A stretch of DNA of 54,916 nucleotides, from the NCBI GenBank assembly GCA_031360075.1, contig JANMAX010000136.1:1-54916 (forward strand), written 5' to 3'. Positions 19,702 through 29,176 of this stretch are shown one piece after another. A model generated the notes under the pieces. It ran no database searches. It saw only the letters and a list, made by a program, of their open reading frames with translations, and was not told the DNA's origin. This DNA is from a bacterium. Lineage in GTDB: Bacteria; Eisenbacteria; RBG-16-71-46. Positions within the stretch are counted from its first letter, which is position 1. Each line of letters opens with the position of its first letter. The position numbers and the translations under genes are program-made.

Positions 19702-19730
19702 AAGTTAACCCGGGGCTGCCCCACTGTCAA
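19702..19730 (-). promoter_or_regulatory. Candidate sigma70 promoter for rplM-rpsI (TTGACA-N17-TAACTT)
   Basis: Minus strand has a perfect TTGACA at 19730..19725, a 17-nt spacer, and TAACTT at 19707..19702. It lies 30 nt downstream of the maf stop and leaves a leader of about 100 nt before the rplM ATG. Confidence 0.55.
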
Positions 19731-19760
19731 GACCGGTACAGCAGTCGCAACCCCATGCCG

Positions 19761-20354
19761 CTACGCGAATTCCTCCAGAAGGGCACGCAATCGGGCGAGC
19801 GGCAGACCGACCACATTGGTGTAATCGCCCTCGATCCCCTTCACGAACTGGCCCGCCATCCCCTGGATCCCATAGCCACCAGCCTTGTCGAGCGGCTCGC
19901 CGCTCGCGGCATAGGCCTCGATGTCCCGCGGCTCCAGCTTGGCCATGCGCACCCGGGTGCACTCGCTGGCGGTCCGCTGCTCGCCCTGGTGCACGATCGC
20001 GATACCGGTCCACACCTCGTGGTGCCGGCCGTGCAGGCGCTGGAGCATCGAGCGCGCCTCGGCGCGGTCGGCTGGCTTGCCGAGGCGCACTCCGCGCCAC
20101 ACCACGACCGTGTCGGCGCCGATCACCACGGCGTCCCGGTGTGCCACGGACACGCGCAGCGCCTTGTCGAGCGCCAGGGCGCGCACCCCGTGGCGCGCAT
20201 CAGCGTTACCGGGCCAGGCGCGGTCCGGCCCCGGATCGACGACCGTGAACTCCGCTCCCACTTGTCGCAGCAGCGCGACGCGGCGCGGCGAGGCCGAGGC
20301 CAGCACGAGTGGCGCCCGGCCACGCCAGAACAGTCGGGAGCGTGCCGAACTCAT
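19761..20354 (-). CDS. maf: Maf-family nucleoside triphosphate pyrophosphatase
   Basis: LVLASASPRR N-terminal motif and the ...DKAGGYGIQG motif. ATGA overlap with the dtd stop. Confidence 0.85.
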   Translation of the reverse strand: MSSARSRLFWRGRAPLVLASASPRRVALLRQVGAEFTVVDPGPDRAWPGNADARHGVRALALDKALRVSVAHRDAVVIGADTVVVWRGVRLGKPADRAEARSMLQRLHGRHHEVWTGIAIVHQGEQRTASECTRVRMAKLEPRDIEAYAASGEPLDKAGGYGIQGMAGQFVKGIEGDYTNVVGLPLARLRALLEEFA

Positions 20355-20806
20355 GACGGCGGTCCCGCCGGCGTCTCGAGCATGAGGGTCACCGGGCCGT
20401 CGTTCAGGAGTTCGACCTGCATGTGTGCACGGAAAACACCGCGCTCGACGTGCACCCCCGCGGCCAGCAACTCGCTACAGAAGCAGTCGACCAGCGGTTC
20501 GGCGTGCTCCGGCCGGGCGGCGGCCGTGAATTCCGGGCGCCGGCCGTGACGTGCATCGCCATACAGCGTGAACTGCGGCACCACCAGGCATCCGCCATCC
20601 GCGTCCCGCACATCAAGGTTCATCTTGCCCTCGCCATCGGCGAACACCCGCAGCCCCGCGACCTTGCCGGCGAGCCAGCGCGCCTCGGGTTCGCCGTCGC
20701 CGTGAGTGGCACCGACCAGCACCAGCAGTCCGCCGGCGATCGCACCGGTGACGCGGCCATCGACGGTGACCGAAGCCCGCGCGACACGCTGGACCAGCGC
20801 CCTCAC
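20351..20806 (-). CDS. dtd: D-aminoacyl-tRNA deacylase
   Basis: VRALVQRVARASVTVDG... N-terminus and the ...VPQFTLYGD... and NDGPVTLML motifs. GTG at 20806 overlaps the relA stop (GTGA). The track ORF (to 21436) is overextended through relA in another frame. Confidence 0.9.
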   Translation of the reverse strand: MRALVQRVARASVTVDGRVTGAIAGGLLVLVGATHGDGEPEARWLAGKVAGLRVFADGEGKMNLDVRDADGGCLVVPQFTLYGDARHGRRPEFTAAARPEHAEPLVDCFCSELLAAGVHVERGVFRAHMQVELLNDGPVTLMLETPAGPPS

Positions 20807-23001
20807 TCGCCATCCCCAGAGGCGCGGCGCGATGGCTTCAGCAGCCGCAACCGGCGCTCGACCCGGGTCACGCCCGTCAGCTTGCGAAGCGCGTTCATGA
20901 TCTCGGCGAGCCGGACGGAGTTCGGCACCTCGATCACGAACACGCCGCGCGCCACCTGGTCCTCGGACTGCATGCCGGCCGTGCGGACGTTGACACCTCC
21001 CGAGGCCAGCACCTTGGCGATGTCGGCGAGCAGCGACGGCCGGTCCTGCCCCGAGATGACCAGTCGCACCGGGAACGTATCGCTCGGGCGTGAGTCCCAC
21101 TCCACCGCCACGCGGCGTTCGGCGGGCGCCTTGTCCCCGAACGTGTTGGGGCAGTCCTGCCGGTGCACCGAGACACCGCGGCCGATGGTGACGATGCCGA
21201 CGACGGCATCGCCCGGCACCGGCTGGCAGCAGCGCGCGTACTGCACCATGACGTTGTCGATGCCCTGGATGCGCACGCCGCCGGTGGCCTTGCGGCCGAC
21301 GCCGAGCGCCTCGAGCGGGCCCATCACGAGGCGCTCGGCGAGCCCTTCCTTGTGGGGCGTGAAGTGGCGCGTCACCGACGGCACCGAGATCTGTCCCTCG
21401 GCGATGCGGGCGTAGAGCGTGTCCAGGTCCGGGCACTCGAGTGTGCGCGCGATCGGCTCCAGTTCTGGGTCGCCGGCCTTGACGCGCAGCCGTTTCAGCT
21501 CGCGCAGCAGCATCTCCTTGCCGAGATGCACGGAGTCGGTCAGGCGCTTCGAGCGCAGCCAGTGGCGGATCTTCGCCCTGGCCTGCGCGGTACGCGCGAT
21601 CTTGAGCCAGTCCTCGCGCGGCTGTGCCTGCGGCGAAGTGATGATCTCGACCGTATCGCCATTGCGCAGGACATGCCGGATCGACACGAGCTCGCCGTTG
21701 ACGCGCGCGCCCACCGTGCGCTCACCGACGCGGGTGTGAATCAGGAACGCGAAGTCGAGCGGTGTCGCACCTTTGGCCAGGCGCTTGAGCTCGCGCCGCG
21801 GCGTGTACACGAAGACCTCTTCCTGGTGCAGCGCCGTGCGCAGGTAGTCCATGTACTCGTCGTCGCTGGCCTCCTCCTGCCCGCCGGCGATCTGCGTCAC
21901 GAAGCCACCCAACTGGCGGTCGAGCTCCTCGTCGACCCGGCCACCCTGCTTGTAGACATAGTGGGCCGCGACACCGGTCTCGGCGGTGCGGTGCATCTCA
22001 CGCGTGCGGATCTGCACTTCGACCATCTCGCCACCCTCGGTCAGCACCGTGGTGTGCAGGGACTGGTAGAGGTTGCTCTTTGGCGTGGCGATATAGTCCT
22101 TGAAGCGCTCCGGCACCGGACTGAACTGGTCGTGCACCACGCCCAGCGCGCGGTAGCAATCGTTGCGCGAGTGCGTCACGATGCGCAGCCCGAACAGGTC
22201 GTAGATCTCCTCGAGCGGGCGCCCGGATTTCATCTTGTTATAAATGGAGTGGAAATGCTTGGGCCGCCCGAACACTTCGGCCTTGAGGCCGACGGCCTTC
22301 AGGGCCTCGCGCAGCTGCTCACTGACCGTCGTCAGGAACGCCTCGCGTTCGGTGCGCCGGGCCTGGATGCGCTCGGCCAGACCCTGGTAAGCCTCCGGGT
22401 CGAGCACCTTGAGACTGCGGTCCTCGAGCTCGCGCTTGATACCGGCCATCCCGAGCCGGTGCGCGAGCGGAGCGTAGATGTCCCGCGTCTCCTCCGCGAT
22501 GCGGCGCGCGCGCTCGCCCTTCAGGTACTCGATGGTGCGCATGTTGTGCAGGCGGTCGGCGAGCTTGATGAAGATGACGCGCAGGTCGCGCGACATCGAC
22601 AGCAGCATCTTCCGGAAGTTCTCGGCCTGTGCGGCTTCACGGCTGTCGAAGTGCAGCCCGGACAGCTTCGTGACGCCCTCGACCAGCAGGGCGACCTCGC
22701 GGCCGAAGTGCTTCTCGACATCGGCGGGCGTGACCTCGGTGTCCTCGACGACGTCATGCAGCAACGCCGCACAGGCCAGCGTCGTGTCGAGCCGGGCCTC
22801 GAACAGGTCGAGCAGGATGCGGCACACCTCGACGACGTGCGTCAGGTAGGGCTGTCCCGAATCCCGGCGCTGGTCGCCATGGGCGTTGCCGGCGTAATCG
22901 AAACAAGCGCCGAGCCGGTCACGGTCCACCTTCGGGGCCTTCTCGGCGACCGCGCTCATGAGTGCGGCCCGGAGTTCCGGATGCGGGCTACCGCCGGTCA
23001 T
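20803..23001 (-). CDS. relA: Bifunctional (p)ppGpp synthetase/hydrolase (RelA/SpoT homolog)
   Basis: HD hydrolase domain (HDVVEDT), a synthetase domain (...YQSLHTTV...), then TGS- and ACT-like C-terminal regions. 732 aa. Confidence 0.9.
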   Translation of the reverse strand: MTGGSPHPELRAALMSAVAEKAPKVDRDRLGACFDYAGNAHGDQRRDSGQPYLTHVVEVCRILLDLFEARLDTTLACAALLHDVVEDTEVTPADVEKHFGREVALLVEGVTKLSGLHFDSREAAQAENFRKMLLSMSRDLRVIFIKLADRLHNMRTIEYLKGERARRIAEETRDIYAPLAHRLGMAGIKRELEDRSLKVLDPEAYQGLAERIQARRTEREAFLTTVSEQLREALKAVGLKAEVFGRPKHFHSIYNKMKSGRPLEEIYDLFGLRIVTHSRNDCYRALGVVHDQFSPVPERFKDYIATPKSNLYQSLHTTVLTEGGEMVEVQIRTREMHRTAETGVAAHYVYKQGGRVDEELDRQLGGFVTQIAGGQEEASDDEYMDYLRTALHQEEVFVYTPRRELKRLAKGATPLDFAFLIHTRVGERTVGARVNGELVSIRHVLRNGDTVEIITSPQAQPREDWLKIARTAQARAKIRHWLRSKRLTDSVHLGKEMLLRELKRLRVKAGDPELEPIARTLECPDLDTLYARIAEGQISVPSVTRHFTPHKEGLAERLVMGPLEALGVGRKATGGVRIQGIDNVMVQYARCCQPVPGDAVVGIVTIGRGVSVHRQDCPNTFGDKAPAERRVAVEWDSRPSDTFPVRLVISGQDRPSLLADIAKVLASGGVNVRTAGMQSEDQVARGVFVIEVPNSVRLAEIMNALRKLTGVTRVERRLRLLKPSRRASGDGE

Positions 23002-23014
23002 AAGTTCGGCTCTC

Positions 23015-24730
23015 TCAGGGGACGCGGATCCCCTTCAGCTTCAGCTGGACGCGGGTCTCCCCCGACCATTCGTTGCGGGTCGGGACGAAGGCAAGGTCGG
23101 CACGTCCGGCGCGCCGCAGGGCCGGGGCCTGCGCCCCCATGCCGAAACCGATGGCCTCGACCTCACCGCTGTCGTCCCTGGCGATGAGGCGGACATGCTT
23201 GCCGCCGCCCACTTCGCGCACGTCGGCGACGCGGACGTCGCTCATGCGGAACAGCGGTTCGGGATTCTCGAGTCCGTGCGGCGCCATGCGCTCGAGCCAC
23301 TCCACGAGCTCCATGTGGCAGTCCCCGGCACGCAGATCGGCATCGAGCTCGAGCCGCTGCACGAACTGGTCGGGACGGTACTGGTCGCGCACCAGGCGCT
23401 CGAAGCGTTCGCGCAGCTCCGGCAGTCGTTCTCGTCGCACGCTCAAGCCCGCGGCGAACGCGTGCCCGCCGTGTGCCAGCAGCAGGTCGGTGCAACCGTC
23501 CAGCAGGCGGGTCAGGTCGAGTCCCGGCAGGCTGCGGCCGGAGCCGCGCCCGCGCTCACCATCGATCGCAACCAAGAGCGCGGGCCGCTGGAAGCGTTCG
23601 ACCAGACGCGATGCCACGATCCCGATCACGCCGGGATGCCAGGTGTCGGACCACAGCAGGATGCTGCTGCAGTCCGGATACGTGAGTTCGTTCTCGACCA
23701 TGCGGACGGCGTCCACCAGCACGCGCTCGTCGTGCGCGCGGCGCTTGATGTTGTCATCCTCGAGGCTCCTGGCAATGTCCTCGGCTTCCTGGGGCTCACG
23801 CGCCAGCAAGAGCCGCAAGCCCTGCTCGGCATTGCCCATGCGGCCGGCGGCGTTGATGCGCGGCGCCAGCACGAACGCCACATGGCCGCTCGTGATGCGC
23901 TTGCCCGCCAGCCCGGAGACCTCCATGAGTGCGCGCAAGCCGAGGCGCGGCTCGGCGTTCAGCCGGTCGAGCCCGAGCCGGGCGAGGACGCGGTTCTCTC
24001 CGACCAGCGGCACGACGTCGGCGATGGTGCCGAGCGCGACGGCGTCGAGGTAGCGCCGGGCGCGGTCGAGTCCGCCACGCCCGCGCAGCAGACGCTCGAC
24101 CAGCTTGAACGTCACGCCGACTCCGGCCAACGACTTGAACGGGTAAGGGCAGCCGGGTCGCAGCGGATTGACGATCGCGAAGGCCGCCGGCAGCACCGCG
24201 GGCGGTTCGTGGTGGTCCGTGATGACGGTATCGATGCCGATGCTGCTGGCATGCGCGATGGCCTCGACCGCGGTGATGCCGCAGTCCACCGTGACCACGA
24301 GCGTGCAGCCCCGGCGCCTGGCTTCCTCGATGGCGTCGACGGTCAGGCCGTAGCCGTCACGGATGCGGTGCGGGATCCGGTACTCGACTCGGCAACCGAG
24401 TTCGAGCAACGCACTGTAGAGCAGGAACGTGGACGTGATGCCGTCGACGTCGTAATCACCCTGGACCAGGATCTTCTCATCGCGCTCCACGCCGGAGAGG
24501 ATGCGCTGCGCGGCGGTTTCGAGGTCGCGCATCTCGGTCGGGTCGTGCAGGTCCTCGAGCACCGGGTCCATGAAACGCCGGGCGAGGTCTTCGCGGGTCA
24601 TGCCACGGTTGACCAGTGCATGCGTCATCGCCAGCGGGGCCCCCAGCGCATGCGCGAGCGCGACCGCCGCTTCCGGCGAGTGGCTCGGATGCAGCACCCA
24701 CTGCGGTGAAGCCGTGACGGTCGGCGGCAT
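23015..24730 (-). CDS. recJ: Single-stranded-DNA-specific exonuclease RecJ
   Basis: DHH motifs (VQGDYDVDGITS, VVTVDCGI, ITDHHEP) and a DHHA1 region (GGHAFAAG). The plausible start is ATG 24730 (MPPTVTASPQWVL...). The track start at 24856 adds 42 residues of low-complexity sequence. Confidence 0.9.
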   Translation of the reverse strand: MPPTVTASPQWVLHPSHSPEAAVALAHALGAPLAMTHALVNRGMTREDLARRFMDPVLEDLHDPTEMRDLETAAQRILSGVERDEKILVQGDYDVDGITSTFLLYSALLELGCRVEYRIPHRIRDGYGLTVDAIEEARRRGCTLVVTVDCGITAVEAIAHASSIGIDTVITDHHEPPAVLPAAFAIVNPLRPGCPYPFKSLAGVGVTFKLVERLLRGRGGLDRARRYLDAVALGTIADVVPLVGENRVLARLGLDRLNAEPRLGLRALMEVSGLAGKRITSGHVAFVLAPRINAAGRMGNAEQGLRLLLAREPQEAEDIARSLEDDNIKRRAHDERVLVDAVRMVENELTYPDCSSILLWSDTWHPGVIGIVASRLVERFQRPALLVAIDGERGRGSGRSLPGLDLTRLLDGCTDLLLAHGGHAFAAGLSVRRERLPELRERFERLVRDQYRPDQFVQRLELDADLRAGDCHMELVEWLERMAPHGLENPEPLFRMSDVRVADVREVGGGKHVRLIARDDSGEVEAIGFGMGAQAPALRRAGRADLAFVPTRNEWSGETRVQLKLKGIRVP

Positions 24731-24870
24731 GAGCGGGATCCCGAGCGTGAGGAGAGGACAGCGGCCACTGGAGTCACGGACTCTAACGGCGCGCGCGCTC
24801 ATCGGGCAAGCACTTCCACGGCTGCTCCCGGCCATCGCCGCACGCGAGCCGCGCACCGCGCTGTGAACGT

Positions 24871-26862
24871 TCAGCGACGCGCGGCGGCTCGAGCGCGCAG
24901 CGCCTCGACGCGGCCGTCGCTCGCAGCCGGCAGTGCGGCCGCTCGCACCAGCGCCGCTTCGGCACCCGCTTCATCCCCCAGCCGCGCGCGGGTGTCGGCG
25001 ACCCCGAGCCAGGCTTCATAGAACTCCGGGGCCGCGCGCACCGCACGCTCGAACGCCGTGCGCGCGAGTGCGATGTCGCCCGTGGCGATGGCCGCGCGCC
25101 CGAGCTGCCACGCCAGGCCGGCATCATCGAGCAGGTGCTCCGAGGCGCCACGCAGGAGTTCGCACGCGCCCGCCACATCACCCGCGGCAAGACGCGCCAC
25201 GCCCAGCGCGCCGGCCGCCGCGGGCGCCCCCGGGTGTTCGGTCCACAACAGATCGCCTGCACGCACCGCCTCACCGGAGCGTCCGAGCCGAGCGAGCGAG
25301 CGCACGCGGATCATGCCGGCCGCGAGCGAGTGCGGATCGCGTTCCCGGGCTCGTTCCGCCGCCGCGAGCGCGGCGTCGAACTGACCGGCGCGAAACGCAT
25401 TGGAAGCCCGGGCGACGAGCGCTCCGCCACCCCCGCCCGGATCCGCCGCCTCGGCGCGAGCGATCCACGGCTCGGCTTCCTCGGGCCGCCCGAGACTCCC
25501 GAGCAGGTCGGCCATGCCGAGCAGGGCGTCGGGGTCGTGCGGCCGCACCTGTACGATGCGCCGGATGCGCGACAGGTCATCGCGCCAGACGCCCACGAGC
25601 GGCACACACACGACTGTTTGGGACAACAGCCAGCAACCGAGCGCGACTGGGCCGGCTTGACGCGCGCGCGCGAGCCGCGAGGTGGCGGGCACGCCTGCAA
25701 CCGCCGCTGCGAGTGTGGCGAGCGCGAGCGCCATGCCGGCGGCGGGCAGGGCGAGCGAGCGCTCCGCGAACCGCACTCCGGACTCGAGCAGGGCTGCCGC
25801 CGCCACCGGCAGTAACGGCGCGACCAACAGCGCCACGGGCAGCAGCAGCGGGCGGCGCGCCCGAACGGCCCACGCGCAGGCGATGAGCACGCAGACCAGG
25901 GCCACCCACGCCAGCGCGGCGACCGCGCGCACGGGTGGCTGCCAGACGTCGAGCAACGGCGAATGCGCCGCCCATGGCAGCAACCACGCGAGGTGCGCCC
26001 ACACCAACGCCGCCATGCCCAGTGCCGCGCCCGGCGAGCCCGGATGCGCCGGGGCGGGCACGAGCGCACGGTGTGCGGCCGCCCACAGCAGGACCACCGC
26101 GAGCGCGCTCCAGGCCGGCAGCCAGCGCCGCGAGTGCGCACCGGCGGTGGCGGAGCCACTCCCCAGTCCGGATATCCGCGCATCCGCGGCATCCGCTGCG
26201 AGCAGCAGTGGCAGCACCAGCGCGGTCTCCTTGGCGAGGAGCGCCAGTGCCACGCACAGCAGTGTGCCAGCCGCCGCCAGGCGCGAGGCCGCCGCACGCC
26301 AGCGCCGGGCCGACAGCAGCGCGCCGAGCGTGGCCAGCACCACGAACGCATCGGCGCGCCCGGCGTTCCACGCCACGCACTCGGTGAGCGCGGGCGCGGT
26401 CGCGTACACGAGTCCGGCGCCGACCGCGGCCCACAGCGGCAGCTGGCGGGCACGAGCCAGCCGCGCCAGGAGTACCGCGGAGGCGGCGTGCAGGAGCAGA
26501 TTGCCGAGGTGGAAGGTCCACGGCTGCCAGTGCGACAGCACGCCATCGACGCGAAAGCTCAGCGTCACGAGCGGCCGCCACATGCCGGTGCCGCCGCCCG
26601 TCGACTGCCAGAAATCCTGCGTCAGCAGGTGCGGCCAGTCACCGCCCTGCAGCGCGGCATTGCGAACGATGAGATCGAGGTCGTCCCACACGAACGCAAA
26701 GCCGAGCGTGCGCGCGTACAGCAGCAGTACGGCGAGCGCGGGCAACCACAGCGCGACTTCCTCGCGGCCAGCGCGCGTGACACACCGCGTCGCGGCGGCT
26801 CGGCCGGGCAACGAGAACGCCCGCCGGCGTACGACTGCCAGCGGGCGCTTGCTCGTGTTCAT
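24871..26862 (-). CDS. Polytopic membrane protein with C-terminal TPR repeats (TMTC/PMT-like glycosyltransferase-C fold candidate)
   Basis: N-terminal LLLYARTLGFAFVWDDLDLIVRN (DD motif typical of TMTC/DUF1736-type proteins), about 10 or more hydrophobic helices, then TPR-like Ala/Leu-rich repeats. The start is uncertain. ATG 26862 abuts the 3' end of rnpB, and an in-frame TTG at 26811 is an alternative. Confidence 0.65.
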   Translation of the reverse strand: MNTSKRPLAVVRRRAFSLPGRAAATRCVTRAGREEVALWLPALAVLLLYARTLGFAFVWDDLDLIVRNAALQGGDWPHLLTQDFWQSTGGGTGMWRPLVTLSFRVDGVLSHWQPWTFHLGNLLLHAASAVLLARLARARQLPLWAAVGAGLVYATAPALTECVAWNAGRADAFVVLATLGALLSARRWRAAASRLAAAGTLLCVALALLAKETALVLPLLLAADAADARISGLGSGSATAGAHSRRWLPAWSALAVVLLWAAAHRALVPAPAHPGSPGAALGMAALVWAHLAWLLPWAAHSPLLDVWQPPVRAVAALAWVALVCVLIACAWAVRARRPLLLPVALLVAPLLPVAAAALLESGVRFAERSLALPAAGMALALATLAAAVAGVPATSRLARARQAGPVALGCWLLSQTVVCVPLVGVWRDDLSRIRRIVQVRPHDPDALLGMADLLGSLGRPEEAEPWIARAEAADPGGGGGALVARASNAFRAGQFDAALAAAERARERDPHSLAAGMIRVRSLARLGRSGEAVRAGDLLWTEHPGAPAAAGALGVARLAAGDVAGACELLRGASEHLLDDAGLAWQLGRAAIATGDIALARTAFERAVRAAPEFYEAWLGVADTRARLGDEAGAEAALVRAAALPAASDGRVEALRARAAARR

Positions 26863-27272
26863 CCCGAGTCCCCCGTAAGCCGAATTCTGTACGGATCGCT
26901 CCGTGGTGATCATTTGACTGGGACGATGATCTCTCATCGCCTCATTGCGACCGACCCTGGGGTGATGGCGGGGCGGGACACACCCCTCCCCCTCTATGCG
27001 GTCTTGCTCCGGACGGGGTTTGGCGAGCCAGCACCGTCACCGGTGCTGCTGGTGAGCTCTTACCTCACCGTTTCACCCTTGCCCGCAGCGGCGCGTTTCC
27101 GCGCCGCCCGTTGGCGGTCTTCTCTCTGTTCCACTTTCCGTGGACTCACGCCCCCCGGGGGTTACCCGGCGTCCTGCCCTGTGGAGTTCGGACTTTCCTC
27201 ACGATGCGGCCTCGGCCGCCACCGAAGTGGAAGCGTCGGCACACCTCGCGCGATCACCTGGTGAACTCAGGA
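26863..27272 (-). ncRNA. rnpB: RNase P RNA, bacterial type A
   Basis: Minus strand reads ...CGUGAGGAAAGUCCGAACUCCACAGGGCAGGACGCCGGGUAACCCCCGGGGGGCGUGAGUCCACGGAAAGUGGAACAGAGAGAAGACCGCC... It continues with GGGCAAGGGUGAAACGGUGAGGUAAGAGCUCACCAGC, CCGUCCGGAGCAAGACCGCAUAG and ACAGAAUUCGGCUUAC. All the universally conserved blocks are therefore recognisable. P1 can form between CCUGAGU (27271..27265) and ACUCGGG (26869..26863). Confidence 0.9.
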
Positions 27273-27273
27273 A

Positions 27274-27699
27274 CTACCTGCGAAGCGCCTGGTCGAGCGC
27301 CTCGTTCACGAGCCCGTCCGCACGGCCATTGTCGTCGCGCGGAACGGATTCGAAACGTACGACCCCCACTTTCGTCACGGCCACTCGGGCCTCGGCGTGC
27401 AGGGGCTTGAGACCTTCATGCTTCACCTTGTACTGGCCCAGCATCTGCCGCACCACCAGTTCGGAATCCATGCGCACGACCAGCGTACGGACGGCGTGGC
27501 GGGCGGCGGCACCGAGGCCGGCGATCAGCGACCGGTACTCGGCGACGTTGTTGGTGCACACGCCGAGGAACTCGCCGCGTGCCTCGACTTCGTGGCCGCT
27601 ATCATCGCACAGGACGTAGCCGAGCGCCCCCGGTCCCGGATTCCCGCGGGAACCGCCATCGCAACGCAACGTCCAGACCATATCGGTAGTGGGAGTCAT
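27274..27699 (-). CDS. RNase H type-1 domain protein (RNase HI-like)
   Basis: 141 aa with a DEDD-type pattern: RCDGGSRGNPGPGALG, NNVAEYRSLIAGL, VRMDSELVVRQM, PRDDNGRADGLVNEAL. Confidence 0.8.
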   Translation of the reverse strand: MTPTTDMVWTLRCDGGSRGNPGPGALGYVLCDDSGHEVEARGEFLGVCTNNVAEYRSLIAGLGAAARHAVRTLVVRMDSELVVRQMLGQYKVKHEGLKPLHAEARVAVTKVGVVRFESVPRDDNGRADGLVNEALDQALRR

Positions 27700-27769
27700 C
27701 CGCGCAAACTAACCGCGCGGCCGCCCCGACTCAAGCCGGGGCCGACCGTGCGGCCGCGTGGCTTCGGGC

Positions 27770-29176
27770 TCAGTCGCGAGGGTCGAACGTGATCCAGCCG
27801 GCTTTGAGCAGTGCCGCCCACGCGTCGGCTTCGCCGCGGCTGATGAGTTCGCCCGCGCGCGCGGGATCGAACGACAGCAGGGAGGCCGGCAAGGGCTCGC
27901 GCGGCTCGACCACGCACACCCGCGCCGGCGAGCCGACGCGGTCCCAACCCGGCGGCAGGTGACGCAGCTCGGTCTGCAGGTCACGCCAGTTCGCAAGTTC
28001 CAGCAAACGCCCACCGAGCGCCACGACATCCGCGGGTGACTCGGCCTGCGCGGGAGATCCGCTCGGCGACAACAGCACCACGAGCAGCGCGTCCGCACCG
28101 TGCGCGATGGCGACGTGCAGGGGTTGGTTCGAGAATCCGCCCGCATCGACGAAGTCGCGCCCAGCGACGTGCTCCGGTTGGAACAGCCCGGGGATCGCCG
28201 AGGAGGCCACCGCGGCGGACACCATCTCGGCGGCGTCGGCGACCGGGATGACCTCGCCGAGTTCCTGCCCGAGGCCCGCACAGAACAGAGGATCGGGGTC
28301 CGGCCAGCTCACGAAGTGTCCGATGAGGCCGCTGTCGATGCCGAGCGCGCTCACCACGAGTCCGGTCCCCGGACCGGCGAGCAGCCGTGCGTCCCCTGCG
28401 GCGACGATGCGTTCGAGGATCTGCCGGCGCGCACGGCCGCCCCACAGCCCGCGGCCACGGGTCTCCGGCATGAGCTCGAGTGCCAGCCGGCGCAGCCAGC
28501 GTCCGGCATGACCCGGTGTGGTCGCCAGCCACGCCAGCGCCAGCAGCAGCACCACCGAAGCGCTGAAGCGTTGCGGCCACGCCCAGCCCATGATCCACAC
28601 GACCAAGTGCAAGAGGGCCGCAGCCACCGCGACGCGCGCCAGCCGCAACCGTACCTTCACCGGATCGGCGCCGTGCGAGCGGCGGTCCAGGCCACTCGCG
28701 ACCCGGTGCGCGTAAAGCACGACGAGACCGCCCGCGAGCGCCAGCACGATCCACAGCGTCGAGTCGAGTTGGATCGAGATCAGGTCGACGCGTGCGCTCC
28801 CCTTCTGCCACAGCCAGTAGGCACCGGACATCTCGCGAGAGCCCATGAGGCCCAGGACCAATTCAAGCACGGCCAGCACCGCGGTGAGCGTGCCGACGAC
28901 GCGCAGCGCCAGCGACAACCAATGCACCCCGAGTGATTCGGCACTCGCCGTGCGCCACACCTGCTCGATCGGCCGCACGTCGCGGCCGGCGGCAAGCCAG
29001 GCGACTGCGTTGATCGCCCCGATCGAGACGCCCGCCACCAGGTACGGCACGAGCCGGACGCGCTCGATGACCTTGAGCACGCCGATCTCGTAGGCGCCGA
29101 GCGCCCCGCCACCCGACAGCACGAGCGCGATGCGCTGGTAGGGCAGGCCGGGCGTCATCACCGGGTCGTCGCTCAT
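27770..29176 (-). CDS. Patatin-like phospholipase with an internal four-helix membrane insertion
   Basis: Oxyanion LSGGGALGAYEIG, nucleophile elbow GVSIGAINA, and catalytic Asp motif FVDAGGFSNQPL about 300 residues later. In between are hydrophobic helices (WLSLALRVVGTLTAVLAVLELVLGLM, LWIVLALAGGLVVLYA, VAVAAALLHLVVWIMGWAW, SVVLLLALAWLATT). ATG 29176 overlaps the upstream stop (ATGA). Confidence 0.8.
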   Translation of the reverse strand: MSDDPVMTPGLPYQRIALVLSGGGALGAYEIGVLKVIERVRLVPYLVAGVSIGAINAVAWLAAGRDVRPIEQVWRTASAESLGVHWLSLALRVVGTLTAVLAVLELVLGLMGSREMSGAYWLWQKGSARVDLISIQLDSTLWIVLALAGGLVVLYAHRVASGLDRRSHGADPVKVRLRLARVAVAAALLHLVVWIMGWAWPQRFSASVVLLLALAWLATTPGHAGRWLRRLALELMPETRGRGLWGGRARRQILERIVAAGDARLLAGPGTGLVVSALGIDSGLIGHFVSWPDPDPLFCAGLGQELGEVIPVADAAEMVSAAVASSAIPGLFQPEHVAGRDFVDAGGFSNQPLHVAIAHGADALLVVLLSPSGSPAQAESPADVVALGGRLLELANWRDLQTELRHLPPGWDRVGSPARVCVVEPREPLPASLLSFDPARAGELISRGEADAWAALLKAGWITFDPRD

